NCBI RefSeq assembly: GCF_036321535.1
Contig: NC_087436.1
Span: 83,330,001 to 83,394,000 of the forward strand
DNA: 64,000 nt
Direction of reading: 5' to 3'
Origin: Camelus dromedarius
Lineage: Eukaryota
Shown here: in pieces, positions 26,601 through 38,600 of the stretch
How positions within the stretch are numbered: the stretch's first letter is position 1
How the letters are laid out: every line of letters begins with the position of its first letter
Program-made: the position numbers and the translations under genes
Notes under the pieces: generated by a model
Databases searched by the model: none
Seen by the model: the letters and a program-made list of their open reading frames with translations, nothing else
Told to the model about the DNA's origin: nothing

Positions 26601-29600
26601 ATAAATTCTTAGGTGATAAGGGTACCAGGAGCATCTTTTGTTTTAATGAAGTGACTCTGGGTGGGCTCCTGGTTGGGAGCTGGTCATCAAAGACCCAGCC
26701 ATGATTAGAAGCTTGGAAATTTTCAGCCTCCCTCCCCTTCTCCAAAGAAGGGAGAAGGGCTGGAAATGGAGGTCATAATTGACCAGCCCTATGTGAAGAA
26801 GCCTCATGTAAAGAGATATACTGGTGGGGGAAAATTGAATTTTCGTAATAATGTTCTATTTATATTAGTGGATCTTGCACAGATTAATTTATTTTCTAAA
26901 TGGATCTGTTTTGGTTCTGTCACTTCTCTGATTCATGTATCTTTTGAAAATGTTTTAGTTTCTTGATTCCCCCTGAAGGGTGAGGATCCTTTGAAATACC
27001 CCTGAACTCTCCCAGTGATTTTGAAATAACCAGTTCGTTTCCCCCTCCTTTAATAGGAATTACAGTGCATAATTTGTCTGTAATTTTTTTGGCAGCCATT
27101 TGAGACATCTTAAAGCCTGACCTTTGCATTTTGATGTTAAAAACTGCATGTATTGAACAGATGTTCACTAGCATTTCTTCAATGTGAGGCAGTCTTCCTG
27201 GAGCTTACACTAGTTCATGCAGGTACCCAAGCAGGTGCACTGGTGCTGGTGCTGTCATGGTACAGAAAACAAAAGCTTTGTGAAGGAGAAAGCATCCATG
27301 GTAACCTGTGAGCTGAACTTCGAGGGACTTAGTATTTTGTGCCAAGGATTAAGATTTCCGTCTTTTTGAATTATCAACTGGAGGATTTAGGCATTTAATG
27401 ATACAAAGTTACATACACGACTGTATCACCACAGCAGTGGTTCCTTTTGCTTTTAAGATTCCCTCTACCAGATCTGTCAGGTAGTTTTCTCAATTACAAT
27501 CTTTCTCTATTAAAATCCTTTAAAAAATGTTAGATTATGCCATGGTTGGCAATTCTGAGCTCCTGAACGTAACTGAGTCACTGCAGCTGGTCTTATTCTG
27601 AGCAGTGAACTGCTAATGACTCAGAAGCACAAAGTCTCCCCTCCCGTTCTCTGTGACAGACCTCCAAGTGTTTTTATTGACTTAGTCAGTGAATTTGGCT
27701 TATTGCATCTGAAACCATACATGGTAAATTTATACTTATGGCTTTAAAAAGAAAATATTCTTAAACATTTTTCATAGTGTTTGTTTTTGGGCTTTGTATG
27801 TGAACATTAAAACCCAATATTAAAGTCACCTGGCCGTGAACTGAGACCTACTACTCTGAACTCTATCATAGCTACTCTTTCTTTCTGATTCTTTAATTGA
27901 AAATATTTGGTTTAATGATTGTTTAAACTTGGGAAGTCGTACATACGATTAGGCAGATAGGTATTTGATACTCAGATAAGTTAAATGAAGCATCAGCTGC
28001 TCAGAGATACTGCCGCCTCCAGGAATCCAGCCCTTCACTGTATAGGAAGGTTAAATACAGTTGTAGTTAGAGCATTTGTAGGAGAGCTGTACCTTTGTTT
28101 TATTTTTGTTTTTGTTTTTGTAAATTTAGCCAAGTGGAACAAAGACAGTTTGTGGACTTTTTCCAATTAAAATAAACAAACGTAGCAGAAAACAATGTTA
28201 TTTTAAAAGTCAGACTCTGGGTTTCCATTTCCAGGGGGGGACAGAGTAAGCACATTCCTTCCCGTCTCTCTTACTGAATGCAGTTATAAAACCTGGACAG
28301 AATGTGTGGAGCAGCTGTTTGAAGACTCTGAAAAGCAAATAATGGCAGGTGGATTGGGAAGAAAGACCACAATTCAGAGTACCACTGAACTGGCAATGAG
28401 TTTACCATTTTCCCGCCCTGGTCCTCTTACCATTTGGCCTAGAGGCATGTGCAGCTGTGGAAGTACAGTATGTAGGCTGGAGAGCTAAAAAGGGAGCCCC
28501 ATGAAACCTGAAAGTATCTGAGAGATCTCAGAGAATAAGGAACATGGGAGAGCAACTCCATATAGTTACCTATCAACTCTTGGACTCACCCCTGAGCTGT
28601 GTATGTGTGGATCAAATTCTTAGCATATAAATGACTTTGAAAACTTAACTAACAAATAGACCACCACTCAGGTCCAGAGTGGCCACTATGTGGTGCGTGG
28701 AGGACACAAATCCAAATAGCACTGCAAAGGCTTTGAAAACTAAAACAAAATTGTTAACATTCTCCAGAAGATTTAATAAGACCCAGAGTCTTACAATATT
28801 CAAAGTGTTCACGATACACTTTGAATTACTCAGCATATGGAAACCCAGGAAAATGTCTACTAGCAGGAGGAGAGACAACAGATGCCAGTGCTGGAATGAC
28901 ATAGATATTGGGATTATCTGATGAAGACTTTAAAGCAGCTATTACACAAATGTTCCAATAAGCTGGCTCAAACTGTTGTGAAGCAAATGGAAAAATGAAA
29001 TTCTTTGCAAAGAAATAGATGGTATAAAGAAGAACTAACACAGAAATTAAAATGAGAAACTCACTGGATAATTTCAGTAGCAGATGGAAATGACAGAGGA
29101 AAGACTCTGAAATTGAAGATAGATTAATAGAAATTATGCAGTCTGAATAACAGAGATTAAAAAAAGACTGAGAAAAAATTAACAGGATTTCAGGGGCTCG
29201 TGGGACAAGAACAAAAGGCCTAACGTTCATGTCATTGGAGTCGTAGTAGGAGAGGAGAAAGAATGTGGTGCTGAAAATGATAATGGCTGAAAAACTTCCA
29301 AATTTGGCAAAAGACATAAATACACAGATTCAAGAAGTCCAGTGGATCAAGTGAGATAAATCCAAAGAAATCCACACCGAGACAGATCATAATCAAACTT
29401 CTGAAAACTAAAGACAAAGAGAATGCGTGAAAGCTACCAAAGAAAAACAACGTATTACCTACAGGGGAATAATGATGCAAATGACTGTGGATTTCAGCCC
29501 AGAAAGTAAGGAGGCCATAAGTGGCACAGTGTTTTTAAAGTGCTGAAAGAAAAGAAGTCAATCCAGAATTCTGTATTAAGCAAAAAAATAGCCTTCATAA

Positions 29601-32600
29601 ATGAAGATGAAACAAAGTCATTTTCAGATGGAGGAAAAGGCAGAAAATTCATGGCTAGCAGACCTGTATTGATCAATAATTAAAGGAAGTTCTTTGGACG
29701 GAGGGGAGATGATACCAGAAGGAATATTGGAACTGAAGGAAGAGCAACAGAAGCAGTAGATATCTGGATGAATATAATAGACTATTCTCTTCTTAAGTTC
29801 TTTACAATATTTTCATGATTGAAAGCAAAAATTACAATATTGTGATAGAATTTTCAATGTATGTAGATGTAATATTTAAGTTACTGTAACCTAAAGAGAA
29901 AGGGGTAAAGGGGACCTTTTTGGTGGTACAGTTTCTGCATTCCACTTGAAATGGTAAAGCACTGATTCTAAGTATGCTTTGAAAGCTAAATATTTATATT
30001 GTAATCCCCAGAGCAGTCACTCAAGTAACTATACAAAGAGAGTAAAAAACACAATAAATTAAAATGGAACACTAGTGCAAAAGAAGGCAGGAATGAAGAA
30101 AAAGAGCAATGAAAAACACAGGGAAGAAACAGAAAACAAATAATAAAAAAAGTAGGCCATCCATCCAAACATATTAATAATTATATTCAATATAAATAGT
30201 CTAAATAAAACTATAAATGCAGAGATGATTATATTAGATTTTTACAAATAACTCACCTGTATAGGAAGATTACATTACTCATTCCTGGGTATTTACTCCA
30301 GAGAAATGAAAACTTATACTCACACAATAACCCGTACATGAATGTTTATACATCTCTATTTATAATCACTGAAAACTGGAAACATTGCTTTGTGGTACAT
30401 CCAAAATACCATGGAATACTACTCACTAATAGAAAGGAACAAACTATTGATACAGGTGACAATTTGGATGAGTCTCAGAGGCATTATATTGGGTGAAAGA
30501 ATCCAGTTTCAAAAGGTTAGATACTATATGATTCCATTTATATGACGGTATTGAAAATACAAAACTGTGGTGATAGGAGCAGATCAGTAGTCACTAGGGC
30601 TGAGGAGAGTGTGACTGAGGGTAACACACGGGACTTTTTTGGGGGTGATGGAACTGTTCTGTGTCTTGATTGTGGGACTGGTTACTTGTACTTAAATTAA
30701 TAGAATTGTACACTAAAGGGTCAGTTCTACCGTATGAGAATTAAAAAAAATTTTTTTTAAAGCTGACCCTGGTTCCAGTGCTTTGGGTCAGGAACAAGGT
30801 AGAATTCTTTCAATGGACGTAACTCTCGGGAGGGGGCGGTCACTTTAAAGTCAGTTGTGTTAAAGGGTTGAGATACCACCAAGCATAGTCCAGATCCCCC
30901 GGAATGTTTAGATGAAGATAAGAAAGTAGTTGGAATATGGCTTAGGAATAGGACCTTTCAGACACAGAAGCAAAGAAAATGAGGGAGATTTTCACCATGT
31001 GGTGGGAGGCCAGGTAATCCCAGAAGGAAAGTTGGGTGCTAGGAAATTCTCTTTGTTGGGATCTGCAGGGAAACTTGGGTTATATTCTGTTTTCAGTGGT
31101 TTGCTGAGCTCAAGTTTATTTCCATCACCTCAAACCTTTAGTAAAAGTCTGCTGTACCCCTCAGACTAGATTGATAGTACTTTAGAGAAAACCTGCCTGG
31201 GGAGAGCAGAGTGTAACAGTAGGAGGTGACATGTAAACTAGGGTGGGATTCAATGGGAAATGAAAGTCAGGGTTGATATGAACGTGAGGATGTGGAATCC
31301 ACAGAATGGCAGCGCAAAGCGCTGAATTTCCTGCAGTATGGCTCTGTCTTTTGTTTTCTACTATTAAAAATAAAAGAGTAATCTTAGAGTAGACAATTTG
31401 GGGAAGCTCAGAAAGGAGTCATCTGAGTGATGAAAGTTTAATCTTTTGTCATACTAACCACTGACATTTCATTTGCTTTATTTTAGTCTTATTAAGAATT
31501 TAGTACCAAATATTGATCACTAACTTTGTTTATTTGGTGTATTTTCCACCCAGCTGCTCTTGTTGTTAACTGCAAACTATTGGGTATGTTTCTCATCTGA
31601 ACAGACAATAAGAGGAAAGAGTCCATTTCCATTATCCGTAACTAAACTCCTCACTTGGTGGTTCTTTTTACCAGTTTAAGATCTGCCTAGTCCTTTTCCA
31701 CGAGGGGAGATGACACAGCCTTGTGTGTATAATGGGCTTTGAAGTCAGAAATACCTAGGCTTCAGTCCTAGCTCCACTGCTCACTAGTGGTGAGCCTTGG
31801 CCAAATTACATACTTTTTCTCTGCTGGGGCTTATTCTAGAGCTGTTACCTTATAGGGTTGTTGCGAGGATTAGGTTCATATCGGCCACATCCATCTTCCC
31901 TCCTGTCTCATCCTTCTCTGCTACCACCCTGGGGTGGTTTAATGCCCAGCTCACTATTAACTTGAAAATACATAAAAAAAATTATGATGGGCTTAAAAGC
32001 CACATAGCAGTGACCCTAATAATGTAAGTGCAATTGAACTGCTGACTTGCTCTAAGCAGCATTCCACATTTGCCACTGTTCTGCCCTATTACCTTGGCTC
32101 ATTCAAAGTTGATAACAATGCTAAAGACTTCTAAAGATCTTAAAGTGTTGCTGTGAGAGACTCAGAGAGAAATTATACTTTTATCCTCAAAAAAACCCCC
32201 AAATATTTCCCCAGTGTTTAATTATTTTAATGCGTGGGTTGAGGTTCTGTCATAATCTGCAAAATACAGTGTGTAGTCTTGACAGAATGAATCAGCAGAG
32301 ACTGCCTGTGAAAATGTACACTGCAGCCTGAATGTTCCCAGCTGGGCAGGGGTGTGTTCAGGGAGAGGTGTCAATGAAGCATTCCTTGGCTCATTGGCCC
32401 TCCCTCAGGGAGTAGATTCTTGAAGGGGGATTAAAATTTCCCTGTAACAGATCCCTAGTTGAATCAGATGAGCTCAGTTTTCTGGCTGGAAGAAATGAGA
32501 GTAAGTTGGACTTGGGACAACCGTTGGTTTAATTTTCCACAAATCTCATCATTACTGAACAGTACCTCTGCCTTCCGGGCTGCGAGTTGTGATGTGGTGG

Positions 32601-35600
32601 TGATGGTGGTTCCATGTCTATTCTGGTGGCTGGTATGTGATGGGACAGGAATTGGTTTGCCTAGGTCTTGACCATACTGGGGGTAGATGGTAACTGGGGA
32701 TCTAGACATGCCCTTTTGACACCACTTAGCTGTGGTAAACGAGGTCAAGAGGGAAGCTATTGACAGATTTTGAGGTAAGGATCAGATAGTGTCCTATGAA
32801 ACCGTGGAGGAACTTACTAGTGTCACGTGAGGCTGTACACTGACATCGAGGCAGGAAAGGCTTATGGTTGGCATAGGAGGTCAGGTATTGGGGGGCAGGT
32901 CTCAGTCCTGGCTGAGGTCTTGGGCTAGGCACCAGGCCCAGGAGAACATAGAAGCTGCCCAAGTCCGAGAATGACGGTACAAGGTGGAAATTTGATCAGA
33001 GGAGTAAAAGTCGGTTTTACCTGAGCACCTTTGGCAGGTGTTCCTTAGTTTTTCCATAAGGACAGGACTGTTCTTAGAGTGTGGGGCAAAGCTGAGTTGG
33101 GAGTCCGGCTCTAATGGCGAGTAGAGGTTAAAGGAGCCCTTTAACATGGGGACGGCAGGAGTTACAGCATCATCTAGGAGATTTCTCTGACATGAGCATA
33201 TTTTCAGCTGCTTACGTTTTAAAAAGTTTTTTTTTCCTTTTTAGTGATAGTTATCAAACTGTTTAAATCAAATAGCAATTCCCTGCCTCACCTGGCCCCA
33301 TTCTTGAGTCTCACCTGCAGAGGCCATCACTTTGAATTCTTTAGTTCTTTCTTTTGGTGTTTACCTTTGTATTTCTACATGACAAGCTTATAATGCTATT
33401 TCTTGATTTTTTTCAATATTGAACATAACCTGGAGACTTCACACCGGGGAAGACGAGCATGCTGTTACATTCTCCACCCACATTTTGCTCTTCCTCCCCT
33501 CCAGATGCTCAGTTTTCTCCAAGTAGTTTCTTTATAAATCAATTAAAAATTAAGTTTTAACCATGTAAATTATATTTACTTGGGTATTATGACTTTATAT
33601 ACCATGACTGCTCTTATTTCCTACAAAACATTTAGTGTTTCCTGAAGTTAATTGCTTCACTTTTTTCACTTGCATAGTAATCCCTATTCTCTGGCAGAAC
33701 TGTGAAACTCATAATAATGTAAACTCATCAGACTGTATTCCATTTTTCACTTTGGAGACATCCCTCCAATTTGCTTCATAAGGCTGCTCCACAGCTGCCT
33801 TGGAAATATTCTTCACCTCTTCCTGTGTAAGATTCCTGTTTCCTGGATCCTGATCTTCCTTTGTTTTGGAGGCATGAGCTTAAGTGACTGACTGAGAAAG
33901 ACAGCATGGGAGGTAAAATATTTTGAGAGCCTTATATCCCTGAAAATTGTTCTTTTTCCCCCCTCTCCTCTCGTTTGATTCATGGTTGGCTTGATATGGA
34001 ATTCTTGGTTGGATGTCACTGTCCTTCAAAATTGTGAAGGCACTGGTCCATTGTCTTCTAGTTTGCAGTGCTGCTTCTGAGAAATATGATGCCATTCTGA
34101 TCTCTGTTCTGTTGTATATAAACTGATTTTTCCTTTCTAGAAACTATTAGAATCTTTTTTGATGCTCTGAAATTTCAAGCTGAGGTGCTCTGAAGTAGGT
34201 TTTTAATCTGTCATTATTCTAAGCTTTTAATAGTTCCTTTCAATGTGAAACTCTTGTCCTTTAGTTATGAGAAATGTTCTTGTTTTCCTTGTTTGAAATT
34301 TTCTACTTTGTGTGTTTTCCCTTCTCTTTTTGGAGTTACTATTTTTTTCATTGTTAGGCCTCTTGGAATAATTCCCTCATTATTTTCTCTTTTTTCTCCT
34401 CTGTTTTGCTCTTTGCCTTTTTTTGTTCTGTTTCTTAGAAAATTGTAATTCTTATTTCCTCTATGCTTTTGAATGTTTTTCCTTTAAATTTATGCTGTCA
34501 TGTTTTCATTTTCCAAGATAATTTTGTTCATTTTCTGAATGTTTGTTTCTTGTCTTATTTTATTCCCCTAATAACTTAAATTCTTTTTTTTTCTGTTTCC
34601 TGCATGATCGTTTCCTTCAGAGATCCTTTTCTTCCATTTGTTTTGCTCTTTTATGTTAAAGTTTCCTCACATATCTGATGACCCTTGGCCAGCCTTCTAT
34701 ATTTAAGAGCGAAGCACTGAAATGTGAGTGGAGCTGTGTGTGGGCAAGTCTTGTTAATTAGCGGGAAGCTGGACATTCATTGGGGGACCCACAAATGTTA
34801 TCAGCTATGAGTCTTTTCTTTTGGGCCAGTTTTCTCAGAGCTGTGTCCTGAGTCTGAGGGGAGAATGGCATTTTTCTGGATTGGGGAGGGAGGACTTTGG
34901 AAGGCAGAATTTCACTCAGTCCCACTGCTTTAGTAATACACCTCACTCCCACTCCCACTCCCACTCCCATTTGGGCCTCTCTGGTTCCACATCTCCAAAT
35001 AGTGAACCTTCAGGCTTCTCTTGGGAGAGAAGCACCAGGCACGCGAGGAACGTCGGGTTGTGTGCGCTGCTGCAGGTGTCTTTGCTACCCGGTGCAGCTG
35101 GCATCTAAACTGGTAACTTTTAGAAACATATAAAATTTATAATCTCTATAAATATACATTTATAGTGGTTTGCTTTGGAAAAACTAAACTGCCTAGGAAG
35201 CTAATTCTGTGTATGTCTTGTTTCTGGGCTTTCATTTTCCTCCTTTTTTTTTTTTCCTTCCCAGAGCAAATTGGAGCTTTGGCAGATCAACACATCGTGC
35301 ATGTGGCGTGTGGCGAGTCCCACAACCTGGCCCTCAGTGACCGGGGCCAGCTGTTTTCTTGGGGTGCGGGGAGTGACGGCCAACTAGGGCTCATGACCAC
35401 CGAGGACTCTGTAGCAGTGCCCAGGTGAGAGTGTCAGTTACTGTAATTGTTATTTCCTGCTAGTTTCTTCGCCAGACTCCTTGTTTTGGGTTCTGCTCTC
35501 TTATTTAATTGCTGTTGCCATCGTGTCCCTGCCCTGCCTTCTGCTGTTATAACACTTGTCACAAAAATTTTAATTATTTATAGAAGTGTCTTTCTCCAGT

Positions 35601-38600
35601 TAAAAACTATGCGTAGTTCAGGAACTGCACTTTATTTATTCAAGCCACCTAGTTTCTAATAGAGTGCTTGGAACTCAGTAAATGTTAGAATAAAAAAATA
35701 TTCTTTCACATGCGGGACTTGTTAACCTATAACCTAAAATTGTAAGCCTAAATCAGTTACTCGTTAAGAACTTTAAACTAGGATCACAAGGCTGACCTGT
35801 TATAGGCCAAATTATCTTAAACAGTAGTACCAACAGCTAAAATACTCAATATACATAAGTTCTTTAACACAAAAGGACTAGTACAATGATTTTTAATCTC
35901 TTATTTAATTCCAAATCTTAGATGATTTGGCTAAATATCAAACAGATATTTACTGTTACTAAATATCTATACAGAGATGTAGTAGATGGTTAGCTTCATC
36001 ACTAAGAAAATGTCTAAAATATGGAAGTTACTTTTAAGTGGATTTTTTGGGATGACATCTCTGTTTGTTGAGGGCCCTTAATGATCAAAGAGGCCACTGG
36101 CTTACTTCCTTCATTTAGTTCCTGTTCCTTTTTACTACAAATGTACAGCATTTCCCTATTGCAGTACTTGTCACATTCTTTGTAATTGTTTATTGAATAA
36201 ATATCTTTGGTACAAAGCTGGGAGCTCCTGATGCCAGGAGACCTGGATTACTCATCTTAGCATCACCATTGCTAAGAGTGTCCCAGCACATGCACTGCTC
36301 AGTACCAGTCTGCTGAATAAATGGCCTCTCCTCCCCCACCCAATTCTTGTCCCTTTCAAAGGACAGTACTTTCTTTTTCCTCTTCATTTCTGTCCTTCTT
36401 AGATTTTTGTCTCTTTAATCAAACGTTGTTTTAAGGAAAAGAGGAACATGGAGGTAAGAGTGATTTGGTTCATTTCCTGGTTTAGAACAGGTAATGTCTT
36501 GGATTCATTACTTCCAAAAGTTAATTTAATTTTGGGGAAGAGGGAGAGCGGAAATTAAAAGGAAGAAGGGAGATGCTGTATATTAATGAAATTGTGTGTA
36601 ATATTAAGGAAAAGATTTATAACATTAATGACAAAAGCATTTCATTTGTTGATGACCGAAGACTCAAGTAAAGCTTTTTAGTAGCATTTCATTTCTAAAA
36701 ATGAAGTAATCTGTGTTAGAGTAGCAGTTTATAATTATTTTCATTAGTCATGTCTAAATTATGGGTGACTTCTGAGGTTTTAGTTTGTATATAATTTTAT
36801 ATTATAATTTAATTGAAATAAATTCAGTAATTCATACCTTAATACTGTGGAAAGTAACATAGCTTTGAAGTCATGCAGCCTCAGATTCCAATACTATTAC
36901 TTAGTAGATGAGTGACCTTGGGCAACTTGTTTAACTTATCTAAACCTTGGTTTCCTAACTTAAAAATGGAGTTATGTAGTACTATGAACCTTTACAGAGT
37001 TTTTGGGAGGATGGATGGGTAGGTAAAACACAGTATATGCTTGTGCTGTATATATATGTATCTCCCCTTTTCTCCACCTCAAGGGTTTAATTTCTTATTA
37101 TTTATCTTGTCCTTTTGACCTGCTTCCTTTTTATAACTGTGATGGTGAAGGTTGTGACAAGAGTAGTAGTGACCCATGAAGGGAGAATTGTGGGGAATTT
37201 GAGTGGAATCTGGCCAGGAAAAAGGACATTCGTCCAAATTGCTGCATCAAGGTTCTGAAACATTGGTCCCTAAGGCAGTATTACATGTTCCAATTAAAAA
37301 AAATAGTGGGTTCTATTAGCTATTGATACATGCAGCAGTTTGGACGAATGTCCAGGGAATTATTCTGAGTGAAAAAGAAGCCAATCCTAAACAATTACCT
37401 CCTATATCATTCCATTTATATAACATTCTTGAAATGACAAAATTTTGGAAATGGAGGATAGGTTAGTGGTTGCCAGGGGCTATGAATGGGGGTGGGGAGG
37501 AGTGGTTGTAAAAGTACAGCATGAGGAATCCTTGTGCTGTTGGAACCATAGAGTGTCTTGACTGTGGTGGTGGCTACATGAACCTATACACGTGATAAAA
37601 AACAATACATACACAGAAATGAGTACAAATAAAACTGAGGAAATATGAATAATATTGGTAGGTTGTACTAATGTCATATCCTTGTTATAATATTATACTA
37701 TAGTTTTGCAAATGTCATCATTGGGGGAAACTGGACAAAGTATACAAGAGATCTCTGTTATTTTTCCTTAACTGCGTTTGAATCTACAATTATCTAAAAA
37801 AATTAGTTGGGCTCTATTTGGTACTAAATGCACATGTGAACTCTATTTTATAAACATTTTATATCTGAGAAAATAAACCATAACAAAAGCAACATCTGCC
37901 TATCACTCTAAATAACCCTTCTTCCCCTCTTGGACGTCTGTTTTCTAAAATGCCCCTCTCCCTGGAGCCGGCCTATCTGACCCTTTGATCTCATGGCATA
38001 CACTTAATGAAGAGGAACACGGCAGCTTGTGAATTGTTAAAACAGGGAGCAGGAGATATTCGCAGGCTGTCCAGCTCTGCTGGGCTGCGCCAAGCGTGGA
38101 TTTTTTTCATTTAATTCTCACCACAACCCTATGAATAGGTACTGGTCTTATCTCTGTCTTTCACATGAACAAGCAGAGCAGCAGGATTTGAAAAGTTATA
38201 ATCTGATCGTCCTCTTTACCATCCTAGGGAATCAGAGGTTTGGAGGCATTGCCGTTAATAATTTTTTAAAATGTTGGTAAAATACTCATAGCATTTACCA
38301 TCTAAACCATTTTTAAGTGTACTGTTCAGTAATGTTAAGTATACTCTCACTGTTGTGTAACCAATCTCCAGAAGCTTTTTATCTTGCAGAAATTTAACTC
38401 TGAACTCATTTAAGGACAACTGCCCATTTCTCCTCTCAATGTGGGTGTACACATATCTCTTTGGGACCCTGCTTGCAGTTCTTTTGGATTTATACCCAGA
38501 AGTGGGGTTACTGGATCGTGGCATTGCCCTCATTTGAAAGCCATTTAGACACCGGCTATGTTCTTAGTCGTCTCTTTTCTGTAGCTCACTCCTTTTGTCC

